Made by a program: the position numbers and the translations under genes
Part shown: one piece after another, positions 1-8,851 of the stretch
Layout: the number at the start of each line of letters is the position of its first letter
Numbering within the stretch: the first letter of the stretch is position 1
The notes under the pieces: model-generated
What the model was told of the DNA's origin: nothing
Database searches by the model: none
Seen by the model: only the letters and a program-made list of their open reading frames with translations
Source: Candidatus Micrarchaeota archaeon
GTDB lineage: Archaea; Micrarchaeota; Micrarchaeia; Anstonellales; Anstonellaceae
Reading direction: 5' to 3'
Assembly (NCBI GenBank): GCA_026413965.1
Contig: JAOAJY010000003.1
Coordinates: 27,727-91,726, forward strand
DNA: 64,000 bases

Positions 1-240
1 CTCTTCTTTGGCTTCGTCGATTATCTTTTTTGCGGAAAGCTTGGCAGAAGTCAAACGCTCGGAGGATTCCTGCTTTGAGTACTCTATGGCTTCTCTTTTT
101 GCAGCCTTGACCGCAAGCTCGGCTTTTTCCTTGGCTTCAGCCTCTATTTTCTCAGCATTCTTCTCAGCTGAGTGCACAATCTTGCGGGCTTCAGCCTCTG
201 CGCTTTTGTGAAGCTCGCTTGCCAAATCCTCAAATCCCAT
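1..240 (-). CDS. atpE: A-type ATP synthase subunit E, N-terminal part; gene runs off the left edge
   Basis: Absent from the ORF track because no stop lies in the window. Hand translation of the minus strand from the ATG at 240 gives MGFEDLASELHKSAEAEARKIVHSAEKNAEKIEAEAKEKAELAVKAAKREAIEYSKQ..., an Ala/Glu/Lys-rich helical N-terminus typical of subunit E. It follows atpK in the archaeal H-I-K-E order. Confidence 0.7.
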   Translation of the reverse strand, partial: MGFEDLASELHKSAEAEARKIVHSAEKNAEKIEAEAKEKAELAVKAAKREAIEYSKQESSERLTSAKLSAKKIIDEAKEE

Positions 241-288
241 GCAAACTCCTCCTTGCCTTCGCGCCAAGCTCGGCTTTCGGAACTGGGC

Positions 289-549
289 TTATGCATGGGC
301 AGCCGCTGCGGCAGCTCCGAGGTCGATTTTCCCAACCAGCAGGAAAGCGACCACAAAGCCAAGAAGCACTATCAGCTCAGGGAGAGCCATGTAGACAATC
401 AGCTTGAATGCCTCTTCGGGCTTCTCCGCAAGCACGCCCATCACTGAAGAGCCGATGGAGGCTTGCGCCCAAGCAGTGGCTATGGCTCCGCCAGCCATGG
501 CAACCGCGGCAGCAATCCCTATTGCACCTGCGTTCTCAAACCATACCAT
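289..549 (-). CDS. atpK: A-type ATP synthase subunit K (proteolipid c)
   Basis: 86 aa with two hydrophobic helices. Has a Gly/Ala-rich helix 1 (GAIGIAAAVAMAGGAIATAWAQ) and a carboxylate in helix 2 (ALPELIVLLGFVVAFLL). Lies between atpI and atpE. Confidence 0.85.
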   Translation of the reverse strand: MVWFENAGAIGIAAAVAMAGGAIATAWAQASIGSSVMGVLAEKPEEAFKLIVYMALPELIVLLGFVVAFLLVGKIDLGAAAAAAHA

Positions 550-583
550 ATTTCACACCTCTTGTCTTTAGGGCAAATGCCCA

Positions 584-2470
584 TTAGCGCGAATCGCTTG
601 CCTCCTGAGAATAAACCCTCTGCGCAGAAAAGGGGGAGAAGCGGATGCCGTTCCCCTTGTAAAACTTGCCGAAGAACTCCACCACATTGAGCCTTGCCCC
701 ATGCACAAATGACTCGAACATGGCAAGCAGGCAGGAGAAAAGGTGGGCGGCAAGATAAAGCGCGGATGTTATGAGGAACAAAAGCGCGCCCATAGGAGAA
801 AGCTCAAGCCTTGGAAGCAGAAGCTCGTTTATGGCTTCTGCCAGTATGACGCCTCCCACTCCGACTGCGGCAATACGTATGTAGGACATTATGTTGGACG
901 CAAGCCCTGGGATTTCCAGCGCCGCTATTGCGCCCTCAGTTGCGACCATGGCGGCAACAGACAAGGCAAAAAGCCCTGCGGCAGGCGCCAAAAATTCCGC
1001 AAAAGCCCCGAACATGCCGCCTGCAACCAGGAAAAATCCAGATATTTCCACTCCAAGCCAGCAGAGCTTGGCGATGGCGTGCTTCTTCGAATGCCCCCAC
1101 TCGTTTATTGCCCCCAGAACAAACCCCAAAGCCAGATGGACCATACCAACCAGGATGCATATGAGCATCAGGGTAGTGATGGAGGAAACCCTGTGCAAGC
1201 CGTGGTAAAGCTCAATATGGCCAAGCCCCAAAAGCTCAAATATGTGGCTGTGGGTGAAGCCGAAATACTCGTCAAAAATCAGCCCGGCAGCAAAAGCAGG
1301 CATGGCGGAGATTCTCCATATTTTTGAAATCTGGTTAAGAAGGGTCCCTGGCTTGCTTTTCTTGACAAGAAAATGCGCAAGGAAGAAAGACACAAGAGCA
1401 TATCCTGCATCCCCAAGGATGAGGGCATAAAGGACGGGTATGGTCACAAAAAGTATAGCAGAAGGGTCAATTTCGCGGTAGTTGGTGGTTGACAAGAACT
1501 CGACAAGGAACTGGAAGGGAGAGGCTGGCTTTGGATTGGAAAGCTTTGTTGGAGGAAGGTCCGCATGCTCATCTACAGGAGCCTCTGACAGATGGATTTT
1601 CTTGCCGAATTTCTCCTTGAGCATGTGCTGAATTGAGCGCCATTTGGATTTTTCCACCCAGCCTTCCATGTAGTAAAGCGAGGCAGAGGCTCCAAACAGC
1701 GTGGATATCCTGGAGCGCTCTGATTGGATAGCCAAATCTTCCTCAAGGGCGACAAGGCGATGGTAGAAAGACTCCACGAAGCGGTTTATCTTTTTCTCGA
1801 CTGAGGACAGCCTTTCGCGGATTGCCTCCTCTTCGCCTTTCAGGAAGGAGAGCTCCTCTGAAGGCTTCCGCTGGAGCTTAGGCAGAGGCATGATGGAGCC
1901 GTATTTCTCAAGGAATTTCGCATCATCTTGCTTTGGCAGAGCGGCAAGCAAAACCTTGCCTCCTGGCAAAAAGGCCGCATTTTTCCTCCTTGAAAGCGCC
2001 TCTTGCGCCTGCTTTATCTTCTCCTCTGAAGACTTGAGAAGAAAGAATTGCAGGTGGGCTGAGGAAAGCTTTGAGAAATCAATGTCCAATCCTTCAAGCT
2101 CAGAGGCGGCTTTTTGAGAAGCCAGGCAGGCCTCCAGCTCTTTTGCCAAAGCCTCTTTCTGGCGCAAAAGCTCAAAGTAGCCATCTGACGCTGAAATTAT
2201 CTCGTCTGCCTCCAAAATTGGATTCTCTACAGTTATCTTCCTCTTTGGCTGCCTTGCGGCTCTGCCTATTGAATCAAGAATGGACTTTATTTTCAGATGC
2301 CTGCTGGATATTTCCTCAAAAGACGGCATGGGCCCTGCGCGGCTGAAATTCGGAAGCTCTGCCTCTTTTAGATGGATGGCGGAGATGTTGTGCAGGAATC
2401 TGATTACCGAAGGCGCGATTGCCTTCATGCAGACTATCCTGATTTTTGACATTTCCACTGGCTTGAGCAT
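584..2470 (-). CDS. atpI: A-type ATP synthase subunit I (a-type stator subunit)
   Basis: 628 aa. Soluble coiled-coil N-terminal half and polytopic C-terminal half. Carries the conserved Arg motif MSYIRIAAVGVGG (compare SYLRLWALSLA of V/A-type a subunits). Confidence 0.85.
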   Translation of the reverse strand: MLKPVEMSKIRIVCMKAIAPSVIRFLHNISAIHLKEAELPNFSRAGPMPSFEEISSRHLKIKSILDSIGRAARQPKRKITVENPILEADEIISASDGYFELLRQKEALAKELEACLASQKAASELEGLDIDFSKLSSAHLQFFLLKSSEEKIKQAQEALSRRKNAAFLPGGKVLLAALPKQDDAKFLEKYGSIMPLPKLQRKPSEELSFLKGEEEAIRERLSSVEKKINRFVESFYHRLVALEEDLAIQSERSRISTLFGASASLYYMEGWVEKSKWRSIQHMLKEKFGKKIHLSEAPVDEHADLPPTKLSNPKPASPFQFLVEFLSTTNYREIDPSAILFVTIPVLYALILGDAGYALVSFFLAHFLVKKSKPGTLLNQISKIWRISAMPAFAAGLIFDEYFGFTHSHIFELLGLGHIELYHGLHRVSSITTLMLICILVGMVHLALGFVLGAINEWGHSKKHAIAKLCWLGVEISGFFLVAGGMFGAFAEFLAPAAGLFALSVAAMVATEGAIAALEIPGLASNIMSYIRIAAVGVGGVILAEAINELLLPRLELSPMGALLFLITSALYLAAHLFSCLLAMFESFVHGARLNVVEFFGKFYKGNGIRFSPFSAQRVYSQEASDSR

Positions 2471-2482
2471 ATACGCCTCTTT

Positions 2483-2845
2483 TCACAAAATCTTTTGCGC
2501 AAGAAGCTCTGCGTCCTTTTGGGAAAGAGACTTTGAGCGGATTTTTTCAGCCTGCCTCTTTGCCTCGCCTATTATTTTCCCAACCTGCTCGTCAGTTTCC
2601 TGGCGAGCCTTGGCAAGAGCCTCGTTTTTTGCCTCAACAGACTTTTCTGAAGCCTTGGCTGCTATCTGGACCGCCTTTTCCCTTGCTTCTGCTTCTATCT
2701 GCGCAGCTTTCTTTTTAGCCTCTTCAATGATGGACTGGGCATTTGCCTCAGCCTGCTTGAGCGCATTTATCTGAGAAAGGAAGTCGTCTGCATGCGCATG
2801 GCGGTGCGCGTTGGCTTTGGCTGAAGCATTGCTCACTTGACACAC
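2483..2845 (-). CDS. atpH: A-type ATP synthase subunit H
   Basis: 120 aa, a single long Ala/Glu/Lys helix (INALKQAEANAQSIIEEAKKKAAQIEAEAREKAVQIAAKA). First gene of the H-I-K-E block. GTG start with GGAGAGGTG upstream; an alternative GTG lies at 2836. Confidence 0.7.
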   Translation of the reverse strand: MCQVSNASAKANAHRHAHADDFLSQINALKQAEANAQSIIEEAKKKAAQIEAEAREKAVQIAAKASEKSVEAKNEALAKARQETDEQVGKIIGEAKRQAEKIRSKSLSQKDAELLAQKIL

Positions 2846-2916
2846 CTCTCCTGAAAAGATGCAAAAGTGCCACTAATACGATACATTTGTTTTTAAATCT
2901 GCCGTTCGGCGGCTTT

Positions 2917-4866
2917 TCACTGAGGCTGGGGAGGCGGATTGGGCGGAGGAGGCGGTGGTGGGAATTTTTCGTTTATCAGCTTCAGCACATTTTCCTCATT
3001 ATAAACAAAATCCTTTCGCTGGCTTGCCTCTTGCAAAATAGCATTCTGCTGGTCTGGAGTCAGCGCGAAAAATTTGGCGGCTGCATTATTCTGGTCGGAA
3101 GAGCTGTAAGTTCCAATAAGGAATGCGTCAAGGCTGACGTAGTTTGAACGGAGATTGATATTCACGATGTCCCTTATGTATTCAATGACTTTCTTGCCGT
3201 CAATTGATGTGAAAAGCTCAATCGCAGTTTGAGGGTCATCAGCATCCCTTGCCAAACAAGTATCTGTTAGTTCCTTCAATGCTGATGTTGAGTAAGATGG
3301 CAAGGAGATGTTGGAGAAGAGTTCTAAGTCCAGGTCGTCAGAGTCCGGAACGGTTATTTTTCCGAGCCCGAGCTTAACCATTTCCATTCTAATATGGTAG
3401 TTGATTAAATAATAAAGCGGCTTTTGGTCAGCCAAATCTTTAGGGACGATTGTGGCAAATTCCTGCGTCTCTTTGTTCCATTTGCTATTGATGAAAACAG
3501 CAAGATCGTTCAAATCATCTTCGCCAAAACTAACTTTTATAAAACCAAACCTCCACCACCAATATCCCTTAAGCACCCCATCTGCTTGGCCAGAAAGCGA
3601 CCAAGATTCAATTTTGCCATTTTCATCGAATTTGGGCACTATAAATCCGCTTTTGTAGAGGAAATCGCATATTTTTTCGTTTCCAATCAGGAAAAGGTTG
3701 CCAACAAAATCCTCCCCAACCCTAAGCGGATACTTTCGGGCATGCTCCATCAATTTTTCAACAGAATACAAGCCTGATTCGTCTTTTATGCCCTGTATGC
3801 CATTTATGAAGTTTTTGAATTTGCTTTTTTGGCTCTCATCTTCCAAATTAAAACCAAAAAATCTGGCAACCGCTTCCACTTTGGAATCCCCAAGAAAATC
3901 ATCGAGATTGGCGTATTTCCCTTTCTGTTTTTGGACATCCAAAGCATCCTGGCTGGAAAGAAAGCTGCGCATGGCAGCCAGCAGCTTGGAATTGTCAATG
4001 CTTCCGCTATCGCTGTGTATGTCCTGAGACTTTGCGTACTCCATAAATTTGTCTCTAAGCCCAAGCTCATCTATTTTTGCAAGTTCATCCTTGACCTCCT
4101 GCAAGCTTGGGTCTTGGCTGTTCTTCAATCCATCCAAATATGCCCCATCCAGGACCGCTTTTGAAGGGGCGCTTGATTTTTCAACAAAAAACTCCGATGC
4201 AGTATGTGAGATGCTGCTGAGCCACATCGAGTGAAACCGCTCTCCGTTTCGGCTGCTTGTTGTGGCTTGAGCAAGAAAGCCCTGCCTGATGAACTTGTCC
4301 ACGAAATTTTTCGCTTTTTCCTCAGGAGTGCTTCCTTGCAAATCTGAAGGGCTCACCATGCCAAGATATTTTTGCCCCCTATAAGCCTGCGGAAGCAGGG
4401 CATGAAAAACCGCTTTTTGATTGGCATCCATGGACTGGTGGTTCCAATCCGCATTCAGCACCCCAAGCTCCTTCATCTTAGAGAGCGCCATATTTGCATA
4501 CCGCTCTGCAATGTCCGCATTTATCCGCAGGTCTTTGAAGCGGAACTGCGAGCCTGAGCGCTCATCCATTGAAACTAGTGCAACAAGAAGCTCAGGGGAG
4601 TTTTGGAGCAAGTATTCCAGAGTTTTGTACTGCCCAGGGCGCCTCTCCATTTGATCTAGGATGCCCAAAACAAGATCTTTGTTTTTGTCGCTAAGCAGGC
4701 TTTGGATGTAATTGAGCCCTTTTATCTCAGACTCAAGGGCTCTTTTGCGCTCCTGGCTTGGAGGGGAAGCGGAATTATGAAGCTCCTGAAGCCGGATATT
4801 GATTTGGTGATTCAATTGCTGTTCAAGCTCGCTTATTTTTTGGGCATTCGCCTGAAAAGCCAGCAT
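2917..4866 (-). CDS. Hypothetical 649-aa protein with C-terminal polyproline tail
   Basis: Long ORF with no TM segment or signal peptide. N-terminal coiled-coil-like segment (ISELEQQLNHQINIRLQEL). Ends KFPPPPPPPNPPPQPQ. No family recognised. A hand-counted sample (3421-3520) is 40 % GC versus about 52 % in flanking genes. Confidence 0.75.
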   Translation of the reverse strand: MLAFQANAQKISELEQQLNHQINIRLQELHNSASPPSQERKRALESEIKGLNYIQSLLSDKNKDLVLGILDQMERRPGQYKTLEYLLQNSPELLVALVSMDERSGSQFRFKDLRINADIAERYANMALSKMKELGVLNADWNHQSMDANQKAVFHALLPQAYRGQKYLGMVSPSDLQGSTPEEKAKNFVDKFIRQGFLAQATTSSRNGERFHSMWLSSISHTASEFFVEKSSAPSKAVLDGAYLDGLKNSQDPSLQEVKDELAKIDELGLRDKFMEYAKSQDIHSDSGSIDNSKLLAAMRSFLSSQDALDVQKQKGKYANLDDFLGDSKVEAVARFFGFNLEDESQKSKFKNFINGIQGIKDESGLYSVEKLMEHARKYPLRVGEDFVGNLFLIGNEKICDFLYKSGFIVPKFDENGKIESWSLSGQADGVLKGYWWWRFGFIKVSFGEDDLNDLAVFINSKWNKETQEFATIVPKDLADQKPLYYLINYHIRMEMVKLGLGKITVPDSDDLDLELFSNISLPSYSTSALKELTDTCLARDADDPQTAIELFTSIDGKKVIEYIRDIVNINLRSNYVSLDAFLIGTYSSSDQNNAAAKFFALTPDQQNAILQEASQRKDFVYNEENVLKLINEKFPPPPPPPNPPPQPQ

Positions 4867-4989
4867 GCGGCACTCACCTTATTGAATTCTGAAGAAAAAA
4901 TATTTTAATTAGTGGCGTACAGTGGATTTGGAATTTGCCTAAGCGCAAAAAGGCAAGCAGATTAAAAGTGTTTATTTCCCAATCCTTGC

Positions 4990-6954
4990 ATGCAGGATTT
5001 TCAGAGCAAAGAAGGAAAGAACAAGGCTTCTGGAATGGCTTATGGCGAGGCCAAAAGGATTATTGATGGTGCCGGTTTTTTGCAAAGGCCCTCTTGCCCT
5101 GATGCGGTAATCCGCGAGGCAATCAAGGCGAAAAATCCAAGGGAAGCTGCCGGAAATGTGAGATCGGCTCTTGACAAAATAGCAAGGTTTTCAGGAGAAA
5201 GAGCAAAACATGCTTTTGGCGCCCTTGAAAATGAGGATATTGCAAGGCTGTTTGTTTCAAATCCTAATGCTTTTGCCGACATCGCAAATGCGGTTGGAGA
5301 GAATGCAGAAACTGTTTTTTACGCCCTTAACACCAAGGCAATAAAAGAGATGTTTGAGAAGAATCCTAAAGAATTAGCCTGGGCATTAAGCCAGATTGCA
5401 AAAGCTGGCGGAAAGGATGCTTTTCGCTTTTTCTATCTTCTTTTTGACGAAACATACGCTAATATGCTAAAAAATAATCCTGAGGCGATGGTTGAAACGT
5501 TTTTTGAAATTGCAAAGGCAGACCAGCAAGGTTTTGACACTCTGATTATTATGGGTGCTCTTAGAAATGAAAGAATTCAGGCTTTGTTTGAGAAGAAAAG
5601 GCGCAAAACGGTAAAAGCCCTCATTGATGTTGCAATGAAAATGGGGCAGGATGCCTGGCGCGCTTTTGACGCCCTTGCGAATGAAGCAGTTCCAGAGAAA
5701 TTTTTTGAGGACTACCTGGAAGGCAAAAAATCGTTTGAATGCTTAACCTTGGCAATAAAGAGCTCAGACACATATGCAATAGAGGTTGGAAGAATGCTTG
5801 ATGATCTGCACGACAACGAGCCTGCAAGAAGGAAATATCTTGCCTCTCTTTCAAAAGAAGATGTCCTTGCTTTGCTTCTTTCCAATCCAGAGTTTTTCTA
5901 CACTTCCACCAACCACATGCTTTTTGACCGCCTCAACAAAGATTTCAAGCCAGGAGAGCTTGCGGAATACTTGAAGAATATTGGGGTTGAAGGCACAGAA
6001 TTGCACAGGAACCTGATTTTCAGGGCGATAAACTATGACAGGCTATATGGAAAGAAGAACTCAATTTTCAATGGAGAGAGCCTTATCAGCATCTTGGACA
6101 GCCTGCTTGCCCCCCTGAATTCTGGATATGACGCAAGATATTACTATTTGCTTGCTAATGCTCTTGAAAGATTTGACGAGAAAAGCAAACGCTATATAGC
6201 AAAAAAAATAGTCCGGGAACAAGCCAGGATGATTTCTTCCTCTGAAGAGAAAGACGAAAGAAAATGGGTGGCCTTGAATTTCCTTATCCGGAATATGAAC
6301 CAGCAAGAGAAAAACGTGTTTGACGCAAGCAAGTATAAAGACAGAGACGGCAAGCTGCTTGTGGTCCAAATATTTGACAAGGACGACACTGGAAAGGACC
6401 ATTGGTTCCTTTCGCAGAAATGGTTCTCCAAATACGCAAAGCCAAAAAAAGGATCAGATGGCGAGCTGATATATGAAACGGCAGATGCAAGAATTGTGCT
6501 TTTCATGGGGGAGACGGAAAAGGACAACCAGGACTTTTTGAGGAAAATTCTTGACAGAGCCGATGGATTTATTTTGGCTTTCAGGGGGCACAGCTACAGC
6601 CTCAAGCGCAATATCCCTCCTGAGATTTTTGGAAACCTGAAAAAGGATGTGCTTTTTATTCCAGGAAGCTGCGGAAGCTCAGCAGCCATTCCTGAATACA
6701 TGGACACCAATCCGAACACGGCATTTGAGTTTATTGCGAATACCTCAACTGGAAGGGGGCAGGTGACTAACGCTCTTTTGGAAATTCTGATCAGACAAGC
6801 AGCAAATGGAAAGAAGATAACCGTTGAAGAAATAATAAGGAGCAACTCGATTGCTATCCAAAAGAACGGAGGAGACCCTGAAACCCTCTGGATAGGCACT
6901 TTGGGTGAGAAGCTCATAAAGCATGTCAATTCGGCAGGCTATTTTCCGGATTAG
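4990..6954 (+). CDS. Hypothetical 654-aa protein: NP-motif helical repeats plus alpha/beta-like C-terminal domain
   Basis: Contains 4-5 copies of a roughly 35-aa helical repeat (LFVSNPNAF, MFEKNPKEL, MLKNNPEAM, LLLSNPEFF). The C-terminal part has GFILAFRGHSY and VLFIPGSCGS. No family recognised. Sample 5401-5500 is 38 % GC. Confidence 0.75.
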   Translation: MQDFQSKEGKNKASGMAYGEAKRIIDGAGFLQRPSCPDAVIREAIKAKNPREAAGNVRSALDKIARFSGERAKHAFGALENEDIARLFVSNPNAFADIANAVGENAETVFYALNTKAIKEMFEKNPKELAWALSQIAKAGGKDAFRFFYLLFDETYANMLKNNPEAMVETFFEIAKADQQGFDTLIIMGALRNERIQALFEKKRRKTVKALIDVAMKMGQDAWRAFDALANEAVPEKFFEDYLEGKKSFECLTLAIKSSDTYAIEVGRMLDDLHDNEPARRKYLASLSKEDVLALLLSNPEFFYTSTNHMLFDRLNKDFKPGELAEYLKNIGVEGTELHRNLIFRAINYDRLYGKKNSIFNGESLISILDSLLAPLNSGYDARYYYLLANALERFDEKSKRYIAKKIVREQARMISSSEEKDERKWVALNFLIRNMNQQEKNVFDASKYKDRDGKLLVVQIFDKDDTGKDHWFLSQKWFSKYAKPKKGSDGELIYETADARIVLFMGETEKDNQDFLRKILDRADGFILAFRGHSYSLKRNIPPEIFGNLKKDVLFIPGSCGSSAAIPEYMDTNPNTAFEFIANTSTGRGQVTNALLEILIRQAANGKKITVEEIIRSNSIAIQKNGGDPETLWIGTLGEKLIKHVNSAGYFPD

Positions 6955-7499
6955 AGCCCAAGCTCCCTTATTATCCTTGAAGTCTTTGCCATGCGCTCGT
7001 CTGCCCTCACGCCAACAAGATGCACTGATTTGCATGGGGAGGGAAGTGGAAACGGCTTTTGGTCGTAGCCAAATGCCACTATGTCAGGGCCCACTCTCCA
7101 AAAAGTCTCCATGATGTCTTTTGAGCCTATTATCGCCAAATCCACAGGCTTGAGGCAGGAAACCATGGCGCGCCTGTATTCTGATGGGTGGATGGGCTTC
7201 TTGCCCTTCAATTTCTCCACGCGCTCATCGGTTGCGACCACCACCACAAGCAAGTCTGCAAGCTTCTTTGCCTCCTGCAAGGTGAGGATATGCCCAATAT
7301 GAAGGACATCAAAAACTCCGCCGGTGAGGCAGACCTTGAAGCCTTCGCGATGATGCTTGGCAAGCCAATATCTTCCGCCTTCGCGCCTCTCCAAAGCCTC
7401 CTTGTCTTCTCTGCTCAGCTTGGAGTATTCCTCTTGGCTTATGCCATTTTCTTTGACAGACAGAAGGTAAAGCTCCTTTGCGTCCATAAAACCACGCAA
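6951..7499 (-). CDS. ribL: Cytidylyltransferase-family protein, archaeal FAD synthase RibL-like
   Basis: Core GGVFDVLHIGHILTLQEAKKLADLLVVVVATDERVEKLKGKKPIHPSEYRRAMVSCLKPVD matches the RibL/TagD nucleotidyltransferase pattern (HxGH). About 55 extra N-terminal residues. Confidence 0.65.
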   Translation of the reverse strand: MRGFMDAKELYLLSVKENGISQEEYSKLSREDKEALERREGGRYWLAKHHREGFKVCLTGGVFDVLHIGHILTLQEAKKLADLLVVVVATDERVEKLKGKKPIHPSEYRRAMVSCLKPVDLAIIGSKDIMETFWRVGPDIVAFGYDQKPFPLPSPCKSVHLVGVRADERMAKTSRIIRELGL

Positions 7500-7501
7500 A
7501 T

Positions 7502-8812
7502 CTAAGGATAGACGCGGTTTATCGTGCGAGGAAATGGTATGGCGTCGCGGATGTGGTCAAGGTTCAGCATCCACTTCACAAGCCTCTCTATCCCAAGGCC
7601 GAAGCCAGAGTGGGGGAATGGGCCGTATCTTCGCAGATCTATGTACCACTCGTAATCCTTGGGGTTGAGGTTGTTCTCTTTCAGCCTGCGCATAAGCTCA
7701 TCATACTCCCAAATCCTCTCTGAGCCGCCGATTATCTCTCCGTGAGCCTCAGGCGCAAGCACATCGGCGTTCAGGACCGTCCCTGGATTGCTTGGGTCCT
7801 CGCGCATGTAGAAGGCTTTGATTTCTTTCGGGAAATTGGTGACAAAAACGGGCTTCTCCTCGTCTTTTGTGAGCAAAGCCTCCTCATCTGCGCCCAAATC
7901 CTGTCCCTTTTTGATGTTTGCCCCGCTTCTTGCGGCGATTTCCACCGCTTCCTCATAAGTCATCCGCTTGAAGGGAGCACGCACGGCTTTGAGCTTTTCA
8001 GGCTGCCTGCCTATAGCCAAAAGAAGGTCAGGATGGCTGTCTGCCATTTTTTGGCAAACGTACTCCAGCATGCGCTCCTGAAGGCGCATGTTCATCTTCT
8101 GGTCGTAGAACGCCATCTCAGGCTCCAAGTGCCAGTACTCGCACAAGTGCCTCACTGTCCTTGAAGGCTCTGCCCTGAAAGAGGGGGCAAGCACATAGAC
8201 GTTTTCAAGCGCGGTGGTGAAAACCTCAGCATAAAGCTGGCTTGACTGGGTAAGGTAGGCTTTTTCCCCAAAATAGCTTATCTCAAAAAGCGTGGAGCCG
8301 CCTTCGCAGGCTGCGCCCGTGATTATGGGCGGGGCAAGCTCCCAGAATCCCTCCTTCTCAAAAAACTCCCTAAGATAAAATATTATCTTGTGCCTAGCTT
8401 TCATTATGTTGGTGAGGCGCTGGCTGCGCAGCCATAGGTGGCGCGTGTCCAAAAGGAACTCTACTGACTGGTCCTTTGCGATTGGGAAAGGCTCGCCTTG
8501 AGCCACTAGCTTCACAGATGAGGCGGAAATTTCGTACCCGCCCGGAGCCCGCGCGTCCTGCTTCACAACCCCCTCCACCAATATGGTGGATTCTATGTAT
8601 GCCTGGGAGGCTGAAATGAACGAGCTTTCCCCTACTGCATCCTTTTTGATTGCGCACTGCACTACGCCTGTGGAGTCGCGCACCACCAAAAAGCAGATGC
8701 CTCCGCTGGTGCGGCTTCTGTGCACCCATCCGCGTATCCTGACTTTGCTATTCGTGAGGGAACCTGAGAGTATGCTCCCAATCTTCGCAAAATCGGTCCC
8801 CAGCGCGTCCAT
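7502..8812 (-). CDS. asnS: Asparaginyl-tRNA synthetase
   Basis: 436 aa, class IIb. Motif 2 is FRAEPSRTVRHLCEYWHLEPEMAF. The C-terminus HSGFGLGIERLVKWMLNLDHIRDAIPFPRT resembles the AsnRS ending (IPFPRT) rather than archaeal AspRS (FPRD). Confidence 0.85.
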   Translation of the reverse strand: MDALGTDFAKIGSILSGSLTNSKVRIRGWVHRSRTSGGICFLVVRDSTGVVQCAIKKDAVGESSFISASQAYIESTILVEGVVKQDARAPGGYEISASSVKLVAQGEPFPIAKDQSVEFLLDTRHLWLRSQRLTNIMKARHKIIFYLREFFEKEGFWELAPPIITGAACEGGSTLFEISYFGEKAYLTQSSQLYAEVFTTALENVYVLAPSFRAEPSRTVRHLCEYWHLEPEMAFYDQKMNMRLQERMLEYVCQKMADSHPDLLLAIGRQPEKLKAVRAPFKRMTYEEAVEIAARSGANIKKGQDLGADEEALLTKDEEKPVFVTNFPKEIKAFYMREDPSNPGTVLNADVLAPEAHGEIIGGSERIWEYDELMRRLKENNLNPKDYEWYIDLRRYGPFPHSGFGLGIERLVKWMLNLDHIRDAIPFPRTINRVYP

Positions 8813-8851
8813 GGCATTACCTCCGAATTGATAAGGAAGAATAATATAAAA

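Noticed and set aside
8-211. 67-aa plus-strand ORF at the left edge
   Set aside because: It is the reverse frame of the partial atpE gene, whose minus-strand translation fits subunit E and the operon order.
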